From Amphiscolops sp. MND2022 (taxonomy: Eukaryota): DNA of 64,000 nucleotides. How positions within the stretch are numbered: the first letter of the stretch is position 1; every line of letters starts with the position of its first letter. The stretch spans positions 58,158,001 to 58,222,000 of the forward strand of contig OZ076409.1 in assembly GCA_964187785.1 (NCBI GenBank), read 5' to 3'. The position numbers and the translations under genes were made by a program. Shown here one piece after another: positions 63,330-64,000 of the stretch. Below the pieces are notes generated by a model, which was given only the letters and a program-made list of their open reading frames with translations, was not told where the DNA came from and ran no database searches.

Positions 63330-64000
63330 TTATGAAAAATGGATATTTTTATTGGAAAAATCATCAAAAAACACGAAAAAAAGTTGTTCTTTTAATGAAA
63401 AAATTGGTCTAAAATAGAGAAAAATAAGTTTTTATTTGGTGAAAACAGCAAATCTCATTCAAAAAATGGTCGTTTTCTATTGAAAAATTATCGAAAAACA
63501 CGAAAAAAAGGTTGTTTTTTATGGAAATTTGCTCAAAATTCATAGAAAAGTGGTTAAAATTATCAAAAAATTGGTCTAAAATAGAGAAAAATGACCTTTT
63601 ATTTGGTGAAAACATCAAATGTCATTCAAAAAATGGTCGTTTTCCATTGAAAAATTATCGAAAAACTCGAAAAAAAGCTTGTTTTCTATGAAAAAACGGT
63701 CAAAATTCATGAAAAAAAGGTTGAAATCAACAAAAATTGGTCTAAAATGGAGAAAAATGAACTTTTATTTGGTGAAAATATTAATTTTTTTTCGAAAAAC
63801 GGTCGTTTTCTATTGAAAAAGTATCGGAGAACACGAAAAAAAGGTTGTTTTTAATGAAAAATTGCTCAAAATTCATAGAAAAGTGGTTAAAATTATCAAA
63901 AAATGGTCTAAAATAGAGAAAAATCAACTTTTATTTGGTGAAAACATCAAATTTCATTCAAAAATGGTCATTTTCTATTGAAAAGATATCGAAAAACTCG
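63330..64000. repeat. ~166-bp tandem repeat (satellite-like), about 4 copies, running off the window
   Basis: Anchor ggtctaaaat at 63406, 63573, 63739, 63905 (spacing 167, 166, 166). Confidence 0.85.

Overview
AT-rich, repeat-dense eukaryotic genomic DNA, most likely from an invertebrate animal (GT-AG introns, an HCN channel, TIGAR, a myotubularin-related gene), with one 200-N scaffold gap at 10769-10968. Four host genes can be reconstructed by hand: TIGAR-like histidine phosphatase (+, 3 exons), an MTMR10/11/12-like pseudophosphatase (+, 3 exons), TYW1 (+, 6 exons) and the 3' part of an HCN channel (-, at least 7 exons; its 5' end was not found and probably lies beyond the window). The rest is mostly mobile DNA: two non-LTR retrotransposon fragments, piggyBac-, hAT- and Tc1-like MITEs, a ~166-bp tandem array, and about 19 copies of a non-autonomous Helentron/HINE-like family. 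That family shows a covarying 3' hairpin, self-nesting, embedded tRNA-like Pol III boxes and a strong orientation bias. Other notable observations: all three complete genes have TTCAG 8-9 nt before the ATG (possible SL trans-splicing and a TIGAR-MTMR operon), most 5' splice sites read GTT, the HCN filter reads GIGYG, and there is a cluster of co-oriented intronless orphan ORFs at 3.3-5.9 kb. All calls come from manual reading; no searches were run.
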